DNA of 64,000 nucleotides from an uncultured Flavobacteriales bacterium (GTDB taxonomy: Bacteria > Bacteroidota > Bacteroidia > Flavobacteriales_D > CAJJDF01). The translations under genes were made by a program, and so were the position numbers. The notes under the pieces were generated by a model. That model did not search any database, was not told where the DNA came from, and worked only from the letters and a program-made list of their open reading frames with translations. Location: the NCBI GenBank assembly GCA_938009745.1, contig CALLII010000003.1, forward strand, positions 3,126 to 67,125, given 5' to 3'. Of this stretch, positions 44,560 through 54,746 are shown piece after piece; position 1 is the first letter of the stretch, and each line of letters opens with the position of its first letter.

Positions 44560-45804
44560 TTAAGAATTAGATTCTGATAAATAATATAACGTAGAACAAT
44601 TGGTGTCAATTAAATACTCTTGTGCTACTCTTCTAATGTCTTCGGCAGTTACTTTGCCATAATCTTCCATTTCTTGATTACACAAATTAGCATCACCAAG
44701 TAACTCCCAATAACCAATTCTCATGGCTTTGTTCAGTCCACTCATGTGATTAAAAGTATCTGTAGATTCTATTTTATTTATCACTTTAGTTAACTCGTCT
44801 TTTGTAGTCAGTTCTTTTTTAACCGATTCCAAACATTCTAAAATAGCTTGGTTGGCAGTTTCCATTTCTACACCTTCTTTCACTTTACCAGACACTATAA
44901 ATAATCCTGGTTCCATGCTTCCCATTTGGTAAGCACCAATTTCGGTAAATAAACCTTTGTCTTTTACTAGTTCTTGATACAAACGAGAAGAATTTCCTCT
45001 GCTCAATATATCCGATAATAAATCTATGGCATAGTAATCTGGGTGCATTCTGTCGCAAATATGCCAAGCTTTGTAAATAGCGTTTTGAGGTACATTTCTT
45101 TTTACTTCCAAAAATCTGGCTTCGGTTTGCTTCGGTTCTTTAGGTAAATTTCTTTCGTACTTTATTCCTTCGGGAATATCACTATACCATTTTTCAACCA
45201 ATGATTTTACCTCTTCAAATTTTAAATCTCCAGCAATACTCAATATGGCATTCTGTGGATTATAAAATTTAAAGAAAAAGGCTTTCACATCTTCCATGGT
45301 AGCTTCCTCAATATGAGAAATCTCTTTACCAATGGTTGCCCATTTGTATGGATGAGTGCTGTATACCAAAGGTCTCATCAGTAACCAAATATCTCCATAA
45401 GGTTGGTTCAAGTATCTTTGTTTAAACTCTTCAATTACTACACTTCTTTGAACTTCTAGGCTTTCTGGTGTGAAAGCTAAACTTAGCATTCTATCTGATT
45501 CCAACCAAAGGCCAGTTTCTATGTTTTGCTTAGGAAGAGTAATGTAGTAGTTAGTAATGTCGTTACTGGTAAAGGCATTATTTTGTCCACCTACATTTTG
45601 TAATGGAGCATCAAACTCTGGAATATTTACAGAGCCACCAAACATTAAGTGCTCGAACAAATGAGCAAACCCAGTTCGGCTTTCTTCCTCATCTTTGGCT
45701 CCCACATTATAAACTGTGTTTATTGTAGCAATAGGAGTGGAGTTGTCTTCATGAAACAACACTCGAAGGCCATTTTTGAGAGTAAATTTTTTAAATTTTA
45801 TCAT
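44560..45804 (-). CDS. M16 family metallopeptidase (insulinase-like, catalytic)
   Basis: HxxEH zinc motif in FAHLFEHLMFGGS. The likely start is MIKFKKFTLKNGLRV at 45804; the ORF-track start is 45870. Confidence 0.85.
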   Translation of the reverse strand: MIKFKKFTLKNGLRVLFHEDNSTPIATINTVYNVGAKDEEESRTGFAHLFEHLMFGGSVNIPEFDAPLQNVGGQNNAFTSNDITNYYITLPKQNIETGLWLESDRMLSLAFTPESLEVQRSVVIEEFKQRYLNQPYGDIWLLMRPLVYSTHPYKWATIGKEISHIEEATMEDVKAFFFKFYNPQNAILSIAGDLKFEEVKSLVEKWYSDIPEGIKYERNLPKEPKQTEARFLEVKRNVPQNAIYKAWHICDRMHPDYYAIDLLSDILSRGNSSRLYQELVKDKGLFTEIGAYQMGSMEPGLFIVSGKVKEGVEMETANQAILECLESVKKELTTKDELTKVINKIESTDTFNHMSGLNKAMRIGYWELLGDANLCNQEMEDYGKVTAEDIRRVAQEYLIDTNCSTLYYLSESNS

Positions 45805-45898
45805 AATTTTTTTTGTTCCTCCATTGAGGGAGGTTAGGTGGGTGACATTTAATTGTGGTTTGTCACTCATATAATTCTATATTATCGGAATACAAATG

Positions 45899-46573
45899 TC
45901 ATTTTACTTTTTTCTTAGCCGTAGTATAAAACTCCTTCCCATAATTTGGTTCAAAGTAAGCTACATCTTCAAAATCATTTGCATTAAACTTATCCTCAGC
46001 AACCGTTATCATTCCTATTGCTGAGCAAACTATGTCATCAATAAAATGAATTGTTGGGTTATTAGCTAAAGCTTCTTTTAGTTTATCTGCACCATTTCCA
46101 AATAGGTACTTTTCTCCTTCAATATTGGCAAAAGAGTCTTCATCTATTACTAAGTTAAAGTCTTCTTTTAATAGTTTGTTATCATGAGAATAAATTGCAC
46201 CAAACACTTCCATTCTTCTGGCATCAATCAATGGAATTTTTATTCCTGACTCAATATTAGAAAGGTGGCAAAGTTCTTCCAGAGTATTTACCGAGATTAA
46301 AGGAATATCTTTTCCATAGCAAAAACCTTTAGCAGATGAAGTTCCAATTCTGAGACCAGTGTAAGAACCAGGACCAGAGCTTATTCCAACTGCATCCAAA
46401 TCATCAAACGAAAGCTTATTGTTTTTTAGCAATTCAACAATGGCTAAGTTTAATTTTTCGGAGTGAGAATACTCATCTTCGTTAATATCTGTGTAGCCTA
46501 ATAGGTTTCCATCATTGCCAAGAGCAATAGAACAAACCTTTGTTGCTGTTTCTATGTTTAGTATTAATGCCAT
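45899..46573 (-). CDS. tsaB: tRNA threonylcarbamoyladenosine biosynthesis protein TsaB
   Basis: ILNIETATKVCSIAL...GPGSYTGLRIG is canonical TsaB. Confidence 0.9.
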   Translation of the reverse strand: MALILNIETATKVCSIALGNDGNLLGYTDINEDEYSHSEKLNLAIVELLKNNKLSFDDLDAVGISSGPGSYTGLRIGTSSAKGFCYGKDIPLISVNTLEELCHLSNIESGIKIPLIDARRMEVFGAIYSHDNKLLKEDFNLVIDEDSFANIEGEKYLFGNGADKLKEALANNPTIHFIDDIVCSAIGMITVAEDKFNANDFEDVAYFEPNYGKEFYTTAKKKVK

Positions 46574-46590
46574 CCTTTATTTCTTAAAAA

Positions 46591-46598
46591 CAAAAATA
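46591..46598 (-). promoter_or_regulatory. Bacteroidota -7 box (TATTTTTG) upstream of tsaB
   Basis: The minus strand reads TATTTTTG, 17 nt before the tsaB ATG. Confidence 0.4.
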
Positions 46599-46652
46599 GC
46601 ATATTGCACAGACATAATTAGGATAATTAAAAAAGTTTGTAACTTTAGTACT

Positions 46653-46898
46653 ATGAAAAATCAAGAAAATAAAAAATACATAATGACCAATCAAGGAGCT
46701 ATAGTTCTTGGTCTTGTTTGGGCAACATTAATGGTGTTATATACACAGCTTTTATCTCCTTGGCTCTCAGGAACTCCTATTAATTATGATAAATTAATTA
46801 TGTCTATTCCAATTTGGTTGGCTACTGGTTTAGTTTTTGGTTTTGTAATGAAGTATTTGGCTATTAGAAAAGAAAAAAGAAACCAAATGGTGGATTAA
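46653..46898 (+). CDS. Hypothetical small membrane protein (2 TM helices)
   Basis: The ATG at 46653 gives MKNQENKKY... with two hydrophobic helices. The longer ORF-track start overlaps tsaB on the opposite strand. Confidence 0.5.
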   Translation: MKNQENKKYIMTNQGAIVLGLVWATLMVLYTQLLSPWLSGTPINYDKLIMSIPIWLATGLVFGFVMKYLAIRKEKRNQMVD

Positions 46899-46963
46899 TA
46901 GTTGTAACAACTTTGTCAAGGTTAAAAAAAGTTAAAACAAATTTTAAAAACCTAAATAGATAC

Positions 46964-46971
46964 TATATTTG
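46964..46971 (+). promoter_or_regulatory. Bacteroidota -7 box (TATATTTG) upstream of bamD
   Basis: Exact TAnnTTTG match, 26 nt before the ATG at 46998. Confidence 0.5.
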
Positions 46972-46997
46972 CAAAAACATAGTTAACCATATTATAA

Positions 46998-47804
46998 ATG
47001 AAATTATTACAAAAAGCCCTTCTAGTTATTTTAGCTTCTTTGCTTTTGTTTTCTTGTTCTGAGTATGAACAAGTACTAAAGGGAGATAATTATGATAAAA
47101 AATATGATATGGCAGTTGAACTGTATCAAAAGAAAAAGTTTGTAAAAGCTGTTCCACTTTTCGAAGAAGTAATTTCTATTTTTTCTAAATTATCCGAAAA
47201 AGGGGAAAAGGCTTATTACTATTTGTGTTATTGCCATTACAACATGCAGCAGTATTCATTAGCAGCCTACTATTTCAAAAATTTCAATATGACTTACCCT
47301 TTAAGTAAGCACTCAGAAGAAGCCGCTTTTATGAGTGCAAACTGTAAGGTGCAAGCTTCTCCTAAATCATCTCTTGACCAAACCTATACGTTAGGTGCAA
47401 TAAATGAATTACAAGCTTTTATGAATAGGTATCCTAACACTACAAAAAAAGATACTTGTAACCTGATTATAGATAACTTGAGAGATAAACTAGAAGTTAA
47501 AGCATTTGAAAGTGCAAAGCTATATTACCATATGGAGTCATACGAAGCAGCTGCAGTTACTTTTGCTAATATGCTGTCAGATTACCCAGATACTGACTAC
47601 AGAGAAGAGGCGCTTTATTTAATGGTAATGTCTAATTATAACCTAGCATTAAATAGTGTTGACAAAAAAAAAGTAGAGAGATTTGAGGAAACTATTAAAT
47701 CTTATACTAAATTTGTGGACAATTTCCCTAAGAGTGATAAAATAAAAGAATTAGAAATAATTTATTTAAAAGCTCAGCAGGAGATTAAATTATATAAAAA
47801 ATAA
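46998..47804 (+). CDS. bamD: Outer membrane protein assembly factor BamD
   Basis: Lipobox LLLFSC and TPR-like repeats. It sits in the conserved bamD-rpoZ-coaBC neighbourhood. Confidence 0.85.
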   Translation: MKLLQKALLVILASLLLFSCSEYEQVLKGDNYDKKYDMAVELYQKKKFVKAVPLFEEVISIFSKLSEKGEKAYYYLCYCHYNMQQYSLAAYYFKNFNMTYPLSKHSEEAAFMSANCKVQASPKSSLDQTYTLGAINELQAFMNRYPNTTKKDTCNLIIDNLRDKLEVKAFESAKLYYHMESYEAAAVTFANMLSDYPDTDYREEALYLMVMSNYNLALNSVDKKKVERFEETIKSYTKFVDNFPKSDKIKELEIIYLKAQQEIKLYKK

Positions 47805-47807
47805 GAA

Positions 47808-48137
47808 ATGAATTATAAAAATACTGAGGCAGAGAAAGATACGATTACAAGAAATACATCTCAATTGGAAGTTATTTCTGGTAATATATACGAAGCGTTA
47901 AACATCATTTCTAAAAGAGCTGATCAAGTTACTGTTGAGCTTAAAGAAGAATTATCTCAAAAACTTGAAGCTTTTGCTTTACCTAGTGATAATTTAGAAG
48001 AAATTTTTGAAAACAGAGAGCAAATTGAAATTTCTAAGTTTTACGAAAAATTACCTAAACCAGTAGCTATTGCTTTAGAAGAGTTTTTGAAAGAAAAAGT
48101 TAAAAAAGTAGTAAAAGTTACTGAAGAAGAAGCTTAA
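47808..48137 (+). CDS. rpoZ: DNA-directed RNA polymerase subunit omega (Bacteroidota type)
   Basis: GNIYEALNIISKRADQV core, about 109 aa, in the conserved position. Confidence 0.8.
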   Translation: MNYKNTEAEKDTITRNTSQLEVISGNIYEALNIISKRADQVTVELKEELSQKLEAFALPSDNLEEIFENREQIEISKFYEKLPKPVAIALEEFLKEKVKKVVKVTEEEA

Positions 48138-48151
48138 AATTTCACAACATC

Positions 48152-49351
48152 ATGTTAAAAGGTAAGAATGTAGTACTAGCAGTTACTGGAAGTATTGCTG
48201 CCTATAAATCTGCCTTAATAGTTCGTTTATTAGTGAAACAAGGTGCGCTTGTTAAAGTTGTAATGACTAAAAGTGCCATTGATTTTATTACACCTCTTAC
48301 ATTATCTACCTTATCTAATAACCCAGTTTTTTCTGACTTTACATCTAGTAAAGACAAAGGAACATGGAATAACCATGTTGACTTAGGATTATGGGCTGAT
48401 TATATGGTTGTAGCCCCAGCTACTGCAAACACACTATCAAAAATGGCAACCGGAGAGGTTGATAATTTTATGATGGCGGTTTATCTTTCGGCTAAATGTC
48501 CTGTGTATATTGCTCCTGCAATGGATTTAGATATGTACAAACATCCATCTACTAAAGAAAATATTTTAAAATTAGAGTCTTTTGGAAACACAATAATTTA
48601 CCCAGAGAGTGGTGAATTAGCAAGCGGTCTAGAGGGTGAAGGAAGATTAGCAGAACCTGAACATATTTTGTCATTCTTATCTAATGATATAAAAAGTAAA
48701 AAGCCATTATTCGGAAAACGATTTTTAATATCTGCAGGTCCTACGCATGAACCCCTTGATCCAGTTCGTTTTTTAGGAAATCGATCTACAGGAAGAATGG
48801 GATATGCTTTAGCTGAACGAGCTCATGAGCTTGGAGCTGATGTAACCTTGGTAAGTGGTCCTGTTTCCATAGAACTACCTAATACTGGTATAAAAAGAAT
48901 TCTCGTTACTTCTGCAGAAGATATGTATGGTGCAATGACAGAGCATTACGATTCTGTTGATGTGGTTATTATGGCTGCTGCAGTTGCAGATTATACTCCA
49001 ATGGAAGTTTCTAATATTAAAATTAAGAAAGCTGAGGATGATTTAAGTATTCCCCTGAAGCGAACTAAAGATATATTGGCATATTTAGGAGAAAACAAAA
49101 AATCACAAACTCTTATTGGTTTTGCTCTAGAGACTAACAATGAGGAGGAAAATGCTAAAAAGAAGATTGTAAAAAAGAACTTAGATTTCATAGTTTTAAA
49201 CTCTTTGAAAGACAAAGGAGCTGGCTTTGCTCACAATACGAATAAGATTTCCATTATAGGAAAAGACAATAATATTATTAAATTTGAGTTAAAGTCAAAA
49301 TTGGAAGTTGCTGATGATATTCTTCAACATCTTATTAAAACGATAAATTAA
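48152..49351 (+). CDS. coaBC: Bifunctional phosphopantothenoylcysteine decarboxylase / phosphopantothenate--cysteine ligase
   Basis: Flavoprotein N-domain (VTGSIAAYK, PATANTLSKMA) and CoaB domain (ISAGPTHEPLDPVRFLGNRSTGRMG). Confidence 0.95.
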   Translation: MLKGKNVVLAVTGSIAAYKSALIVRLLVKQGALVKVVMTKSAIDFITPLTLSTLSNNPVFSDFTSSKDKGTWNNHVDLGLWADYMVVAPATANTLSKMATGEVDNFMMAVYLSAKCPVYIAPAMDLDMYKHPSTKENILKLESFGNTIIYPESGELASGLEGEGRLAEPEHILSFLSNDIKSKKPLFGKRFLISAGPTHEPLDPVRFLGNRSTGRMGYALAERAHELGADVTLVSGPVSIELPNTGIKRILVTSAEDMYGAMTEHYDSVDVVIMAAAVADYTPMEVSNIKIKKAEDDLSIPLKRTKDILAYLGENKKSQTLIGFALETNNEEENAKKKIVKKNLDFIVLNSLKDKGAGFAHNTNKISIIGKDNNIIKFELKSKLEVADDILQHLIKTIN

Positions 49352-49354
49352 AGA

Positions 49355-50254
49355 ATGAAAAAATTCCTTATATGTATTTTGTTTGTTGGGTTAGCTGTTA
49401 TAGCTAAGTCTCAAGAACTAAGGTGTCAGGTAGATATTTTAGCTCCCACTTTACAAAGCGATCCTGAAAACACTCAAGTTTTAGAGCAGTTTAAGAGTTC
49501 GGTATTCGATTTTATGAATAATCAAAAATGGACTACTGAAACATATAAAGAGCATGAAAGAATAGAGACTTCTTTATTGATTACTATAAATAAGAGGAGT
49601 GGAAGTAATTTTGAAGCTAAAATTCAGGTTTCATCTAGGCGACCAATTTTTAATAGCGATTATTCTTCTACAGTTGTAAATACATTGGATGGGTCTTTTA
49701 ATTTTTCATTTCAATTAAATGCTCCAATTATTTATACACAAGGATCTTATGCTAATAATTTATCTGCTGTATTGGCATATTATGCTTATTATGTGATAGG
49801 CATGGATAATGATACATATTCATTAGAAGGAGGTACTAAATACTTGCTAATGGCTCAAGAGATTGCCAATTTAGCCCAATCTTCTGGTCAATCGGGTTGG
49901 TCGGCAAGTGGTGACCAAGACAATAGATATTGGATAGTTGAAAACTTATTGAATGCTCAGTTCAAAGGAATGAGACAATGTTCGTACGAATATCATAGGT
50001 TAGGATTGGACATAGCTTACGAAGATCCAAAAGAAGCAGTAAAAAATGTAACTAAAGCATTAGGTTATTTAGATCAAGTTCATCAAATTAAGCCAGGTTC
50101 TGCTAACATGAGATTGTTTTTTGTTGCCAAGTCTGATGAAGTGGTTAATATTTATTCAGAAGCTGACAATCTTAATAAACAAACTGTATTTAATTTAGTT
50201 AGAAGGTTTGATCCCGGAAACTATACCAAATACAAAAAAATAGTTAGACAATAA
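49355..50254 (+). CDS. DUF4835 family protein
   Basis: Signal peptide, QELRCQVDI..., and LAYYAYYVIGMDNDTYSLEGGT with NRYWIVENLL, as I recall for DUF4835. Confidence 0.75.
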   Translation: MKKFLICILFVGLAVIAKSQELRCQVDILAPTLQSDPENTQVLEQFKSSVFDFMNNQKWTTETYKEHERIETSLLITINKRSGSNFEAKIQVSSRRPIFNSDYSSTVVNTLDGSFNFSFQLNAPIIYTQGSYANNLSAVLAYYAYYVIGMDNDTYSLEGGTKYLLMAQEIANLAQSSGQSGWSASGDQDNRYWIVENLLNAQFKGMRQCSYEYHRLGLDIAYEDPKEAVKNVTKALGYLDQVHQIKPGSANMRLFFVAKSDEVVNIYSEADNLNKQTVFNLVRRFDPGNYTKYKKIVRQ

Positions 50255-50345
50255 ACCTAACTATATACTTTTAGTCCTAAGCTTTATCCCCACGAAATAG
50301 TTAACAACTCAAGCTTTTCTATACTTCTCATTTGACAACAAATCT

Positions 50346-50353
50346 TATCTTTG
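50346..50353 (+). promoter_or_regulatory. Bacteroidota -7 box (TATCTTTG) upstream of guaA
   Basis: Exact TAnnTTTG match only 4 nt before the ATG at 50358, so the ATG at 50367 may be the real start. Confidence 0.45.
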
Positions 50354-50357
50354 TTCT

Positions 50358-51887
50358 ATGGAAGAAATGATTTTAATTTTGGATTTCGGTTCTCAATACA
50401 CACAATTGATTGCTAGGAGATTAAGAGAGCTAAATGTATATTGCGAAATACATCCTTACACTAATATTCCTAAAATAGAGCCTAATGTAATTGGGGTTAT
50501 CTTATCTGGAAGTCCTTATTCAGTCAGAAATGAAAAGGCACCCAATCCAGATTTAAGTGAAATTAAAGGGAAACTACCATTACTGGGAGTGTGTTATGGA
50601 GCGCAATTATTGGCTCATGTTAATGGAGGTTCAATAATGCCATCTGAAACTAGAGAATACGGAAGAGCCAACTTAAGTTTTATAGATCAAAGTAACGAAC
50701 TTGTATCTGGAATGACTGACGGTTCGCAGGTTTGGATGTCTCATGGAGATACCGTAAAAGAATTACCAGGTGATTTCGAAATTATAACGAGTACATCAGA
50801 TGTAGCAGTAGCAGGTTATAAAGTAAACGGAGAGAAAACTTACGGAATTCAATTTCATCCAGAAGTATATCACTCAACTGAAGGAGCAATACTATTAAAA
50901 AACTTTGTAGTTAATATTTGTGGATCTAAACAAGATTGGACTCCTGATGCTTTTGTAGAAACTACAGTAACAGAACTTCAAGAAAAAATAGGAGATGATA
51001 AAGTAATTTTAGGATTATCTGGAGGAGTAGACTCTACTGTGGCTGCAATGTTATTGCACAAAGCTATAGGTAAGAATTTACATTGCATATTTGTAGATAA
51101 CGGATTATTACGTAAAAATGAATTTGAAGAAGTTCTTAAGAATTATGAGCATTTAGGTCTTAACGTTAAAGGGGTGAATGCATCTAAATTATTTTATGAT
51201 GAATTGGCCGGATTAACCGATCCTGAAGAGAAAAGAAAAGCGATTGGCAAAGTGTTTGTTGATGTATTTGATGAAGAGTCTAAAAAAGTAGATGGAGCAA
51301 GTTGGTTAGCACAAGGAACAATATACCCTGATGTTATCGAATCTATTTCTACTGGAGGGCCTTCGCAAACAATAAAATCACACCACAATGTAGGTGGATT
51401 GCCTGATTATATGAAATTGAAAGTAGTAGAGCCACTAAGAGCTTTATTTAAGGACGAAGTAAGAAGAGTAGGTAAATCTATTGGGCTTAACCAAGGTTTA
51501 TTAGGAAGACATCCTTTTCCTGGGCCTGGTTTAGCAATAAGAATATTAGGAGATATAACCGAAGAGAAAGTAAGAATCTTACAAGAGGTAGATCATATCT
51601 TTATACAAGGGTTGAAAGACAGCAATTTGTATGATGAAGTATGGCAAGCTGGTGTAATATTATTACCAGTTCAGTCAGTAGGAGTTATGGGAGACGAGAG
51701 AACATATGAAAAAGCTGTAGCATTAAGGGCAGTTTCTTCCACAGATGGAATGACAGCAGATTGGTGTCACTTACCCTATGATTTTTTAGCAAAAGTATCT
51801 AACGACATCATTAATAAAGTAAAAGGAATTAATAGAGTTACTTATGACATTAGTTCTAAACCACCAGCAACAATTGAGTGGGAGTAA
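50358..51887 (+). CDS. guaA: GMP synthase (glutamine-hydrolyzing)
   Basis: [32 protein letters not shown] and a C-terminus ending PPATIEWE. An alternative start lies at 50367. Confidence 0.95.
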   Translation: MEEMILILDFGSQYTQLIARRLRELNVYCEIHPYTNIPKIEPNVIGVILSGSPYSVRNEKAPNPDLSEIKGKLPLLGVCYGAQLLAHVNGGSIMPSETREYGRANLSFIDQSNELVSGMTDGSQVWMSHGDTVKELPGDFEIITSTSDVAVAGYKVNGEKTYGIQFHPEVYHSTEGAILLKNFVVNICGSKQDWTPDAFVETTVTELQEKIGDDKVILGLSGGVDSTVAAMLLHKAIGKNLHCIFVDNGLLRKNEFEEVLKNYEHLGLNVKGVNASKLFYDELAGLTDPEEKRKAIGKVFVDVFDEESKKVDGASWLAQGTIYPDVIESISTGGPSQTIKSHHNVGGLPDYMKLKVVEPLRALFKDEVRRVGKSIGLNQGLLGRHPFPGPGLAIRILGDITEEKVRILQEVDHIFIQGLKDSNLYDEVWQAGVILLPVQSVGVMGDERTYEKAVALRAVSSTDGMTADWCHLPYDFLAKVSNDIINKVKGINRVTYDISSKPPATIEWE

Positions 51888-51915
51888 TTTTTAAGAAAAT
51901 AAAACGTATTTAAAT

Positions 51916-53946
51916 ATGAAAAATATAATCATTGTCATCTTATTGATGATTTCAGCAGCTTCTTTTTCTCAAGAAGATAAAAGAATTGTTGTAGACGGAG
52001 AAGAAGTAATAGTTCACACAGTGAAAGCTGGAGAAACTTTGTACGGATTAACCCAAAAGTATAATGTTTCTAAAAAAGAAATTAGAGGAGCTACTGATGG
52101 AATGTTAATTTTTATAAAAGTTGGGCAAGAGCTTAATATTCCTGTTCCATTGGCCGAAAGAACCTTTCATATTGTAAAAGCAGGAGAAACTTTGTACGGA
52201 ATTTCTAAGAAATATGGGGTAAGTGTAGATCAGTTAACTAAATTGAATCCTACAAAAGCTGCTAACCTTAAAAAAGGAGATAGAATTAATCTTAAAGGGA
52301 CAACTACAGTAAAAACTCCAGTTGTAGAAAACAAACCTAAGGTTGTAACAGTACCAAATACTAAAGAATATACTGTTGCTAAGAAAGAAACTTTATATGG
52401 TATTGCTAAGAAGTTTAATACCAATGTAAAGGAGTTACAAAGACTTAATCCTCAATTAGGAACTGAATTAAAAGTAGGAGAGACAATTCGTGTCCCTTAC
52501 ATCAATGGAAAAGAAGGGACTAAAGTAGTAGTGGATCCTATACCTCAAGTAGAAACTAAAACTTTAAAAAGAATTGAGTACACGGTTAAAGGTGGTGAGA
52601 CTCTTTATGGCATCTCAAGAAAGTATGGAACTTCTGTAGAAAGTATCCAGAAATTAAATCCTGGAGTAACTACACTAAAAGCTGGCGATAAATTAAATAT
52701 TGATTTACCAGAAGGTTACAATGAAGACATTAAAGTAGTGCTAGGTGATCCTAAAACTCCAGATGCTGACTTCAATAAGGTTAATAAAATCAATCCTTTA
52801 AAGGATAATTTGAACGAGATGGTTAAAAAGGAATCGTACACAGTTTCTATGTTTTTACCACTTATGTTAGATAAGAATGATAGAATGCCTCAAGAGGTTA
52901 ATAAATCTAAAAAGTTTAACTCATACACTGAGATGTCGGTTCACTTTTATCAAGGAGCTGCTCTTGCTCTTGATTCAGCTAAAGCTGCAGGAGTTTCAAT
53001 AAACCTAAATGTTTACGATACAGAGAATGATACAAGTACAGTTGGTAAATATTTACGTTCTACTGAGGTTAAATCATCTGATGTAATAATTGGCCCTTTT
53101 TATGAAAAGCCTTATTCACAGGTTGCTCAATACAGCAAAGCTAATGGTATCCAAGCAGTTTGTCCAGTTACTCAAAGTAATAAGTTGTTGTTTAACAACC
53201 AAAATGTAACGACTCTTAGAACTTCGTTACCTACTCAAATTAGTTACTTAGCTAGTTACTTATCTTATGCCAGAAATACTGAGAATGTTATTTGTTTAAC
53301 TGGTAAATCTAAAAAGGAAAAATACCTATCTGATTTATTTTCTGAGAGATACAATAAGTTTATTGAAGGAAAGACAAACAACTATAGAGCGGCAGCATCA
53401 ACTCATAATCTTACTTCATATTCCTCTTTACATGGATTTGATTTAAAATTAGTGAAAGGAAAAAAGAACATTATTATTATACCAATACTTGAAGAAGCTA
53501 TGGCTTCAGCATTTTTTACTCAGCTTACAGTTTTAATGAGTAGAAGTAAAATGAAAGGATATGAAATTGAAATTTTTGCTCTTGAAAATATGCTAGACTA
53601 TGACGATATTAGTGTTGATTCTAAAATGAGATTTAACTTACATGTTTTAACTTCTTCTTTTATTGATTACAAAGATGAGAAAGTAAAAGAATTTGTAAGA
53701 AAATATAGAGCAACTTACGGTACAGAGCCTACTAAATATGCATTTATGGGGTTTGATGTAGCTTTTTATCATGCATTGGCATTAAATAGTTTTGGAAAAA
53801 ATTATCCAACTTATTACAATCAAGTACAGGTTCCTTTGTTGCAGACTAATTATGTTCTTAAGCAGAGTGAAAGTAACAGTGGGTATGAAAATCAATCTGT
53901 TTATATATTAAAGTATCAAGATTACGATTTAGTAAGAGTAAAGTAA
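51916..53946 (+). CDS. Secreted protein with 4 LysM domains fused to a periplasmic-binding-protein-like (type 1 PBP) domain
   Basis: Four copies of H/YTVK.GETLYGI..KY.V....L..LNP. The C-terminal ~390 aa has an alternating alpha/beta pattern like LivK-type binding proteins. Confidence 0.75.
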   Translation: MKNIIIVILLMISAASFSQEDKRIVVDGEEVIVHTVKAGETLYGLTQKYNVSKKEIRGATDGMLIFIKVGQELNIPVPLAERTFHIVKAGETLYGISKKYGVSVDQLTKLNPTKAANLKKGDRINLKGTTTVKTPVVENKPKVVTVPNTKEYTVAKKETLYGIAKKFNTNVKELQRLNPQLGTELKVGETIRVPYINGKEGTKVVVDPIPQVETKTLKRIEYTVKGGETLYGISRKYGTSVESIQKLNPGVTTLKAGDKLNIDLPEGYNEDIKVVLGDPKTPDADFNKVNKINPLKDNLNEMVKKESYTVSMFLPLMLDKNDRMPQEVNKSKKFNSYTEMSVHFYQGAALALDSAKAAGVSINLNVYDTENDTSTVGKYLRSTEVKSSDVIIGPFYEKPYSQVAQYSKANGIQAVCPVTQSNKLLFNNQNVTTLRTSLPTQISYLASYLSYARNTENVICLTGKSKKEKYLSDLFSERYNKFIEGKTNNYRAAASTHNLTSYSSLHGFDLKLVKGKKNIIIIPILEEAMASAFFTQLTVLMSRSKMKGYEIEIFALENMLDYDDISVDSKMRFNLHVLTSSFIDYKDEKVKEFVRKYRATYGTEPTKYAFMGFDVAFYHALALNSFGKNYPTYYNQVQVPLLQTNYVLKQSESNSGYENQSVYILKYQDYDLVRVK

Positions 53947-54050
53947 TGATTGGAGAATAGAAAGCGGTAATAACTACTTGCTTTTTGTTGATAATTTTCA
54001 ATCTCGAAAATTATTATAATTATTATCTTTAAGAAAGAAAATTAAGGCAA

Positions 54051-54743
54051 ATGAAAGCTACTTATTACGGTCATGGATGTTTTTTAATTAATATTGGCAA
54101 TAATGCCATTTTAATAGACCCATTTATTACACCAAATGATTTAGCTAAAACTGTTGAGGTAGAATCTATTAAAGCTGATTATATATTACTTACACACGGT
54201 CACGAAGATCATGTATACGATACAGAATCTATTGCTGAGAGGACAGGAGCTGAGGTCATTGCTAATTTCGAAGTGATTAATTGGTTCCAGAAAAAAGGAG
54301 TAGAGAATGGATTTGCAATGAATATTGGAGGAATAAAAAGAACTCCAGATTTTGCTATTAAAATGGTAAGTGCAGTTCACTCTAGTTCTATGCCAGATGG
54401 AAGCTATGGAGGTTTAGCAGCAGGGTTTGTATTGGTTTACCAAGAAGATGATGTAGACAAGGTGATTTATTTTGCTGGAGATACGGCTTTACATAAAGAC
54501 ATGGAGCTAATTCAAGAAGAATTTGGATTCGTAGATTTTGCTTTTTTACCAATTGGAGATGTATTTACAATGGGAATTGATGATGCAGTTGAAGCAGCTT
54601 ATTTAGTAAATGCCGATTCTGTAATACCAATGCATTACGATACTTTTGACCCAATAAAAGTTGATATGGAAGAGGCGAAAGAAGAGTTTCAAGAGTTTAG
54701 ATTTGAAGTGTTTAATATAGGAGAAGAAAAAGAATTAATATAA
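54051..54743 (+). CDS. Metal-dependent hydrolase (UPF0173, beta-lactamase fold)
   Basis: MKATYYGHGCFLI...ILIDPFI...LLTHGHEDH. Confidence 0.85.
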   Translation: MKATYYGHGCFLINIGNNAILIDPFITPNDLAKTVEVESIKADYILLTHGHEDHVYDTESIAERTGAEVIANFEVINWFQKKGVENGFAMNIGGIKRTPDFAIKMVSAVHSSSMPDGSYGGLAAGFVLVYQEDDVDKVIYFAGDTALHKDMELIQEEFGFVDFAFLPIGDVFTMGIDDAVEAAYLVNADSVIPMHYDTFDPIKVDMEEAKEEFQEFRFEVFNIGEEKELI

Positions 54744-54746
54744 TTT

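Noticed and set aside
50255-50357. Possible purine riboswitch ahead of guaA, and by analogy a T-box or leader ahead of thrS (26673-26802).
   Set aside because: I saw no conserved riboswitch core sequences or convincing nested helices. Each spacer is adequately explained by a TAnnTTTG promoter.
53991-54014. Perfect 9-bp AT-only inverted repeat ATAATTTTC-N6-GAAAATTAT between the LysM gene and the UPF0173 hydrolase gene.
   Set aside because: The stem is entirely A/T apart from one pair, so it is thermodynamically weak and has no clear U-tract. It could be a terminator or an operator, but the evidence is insufficient.
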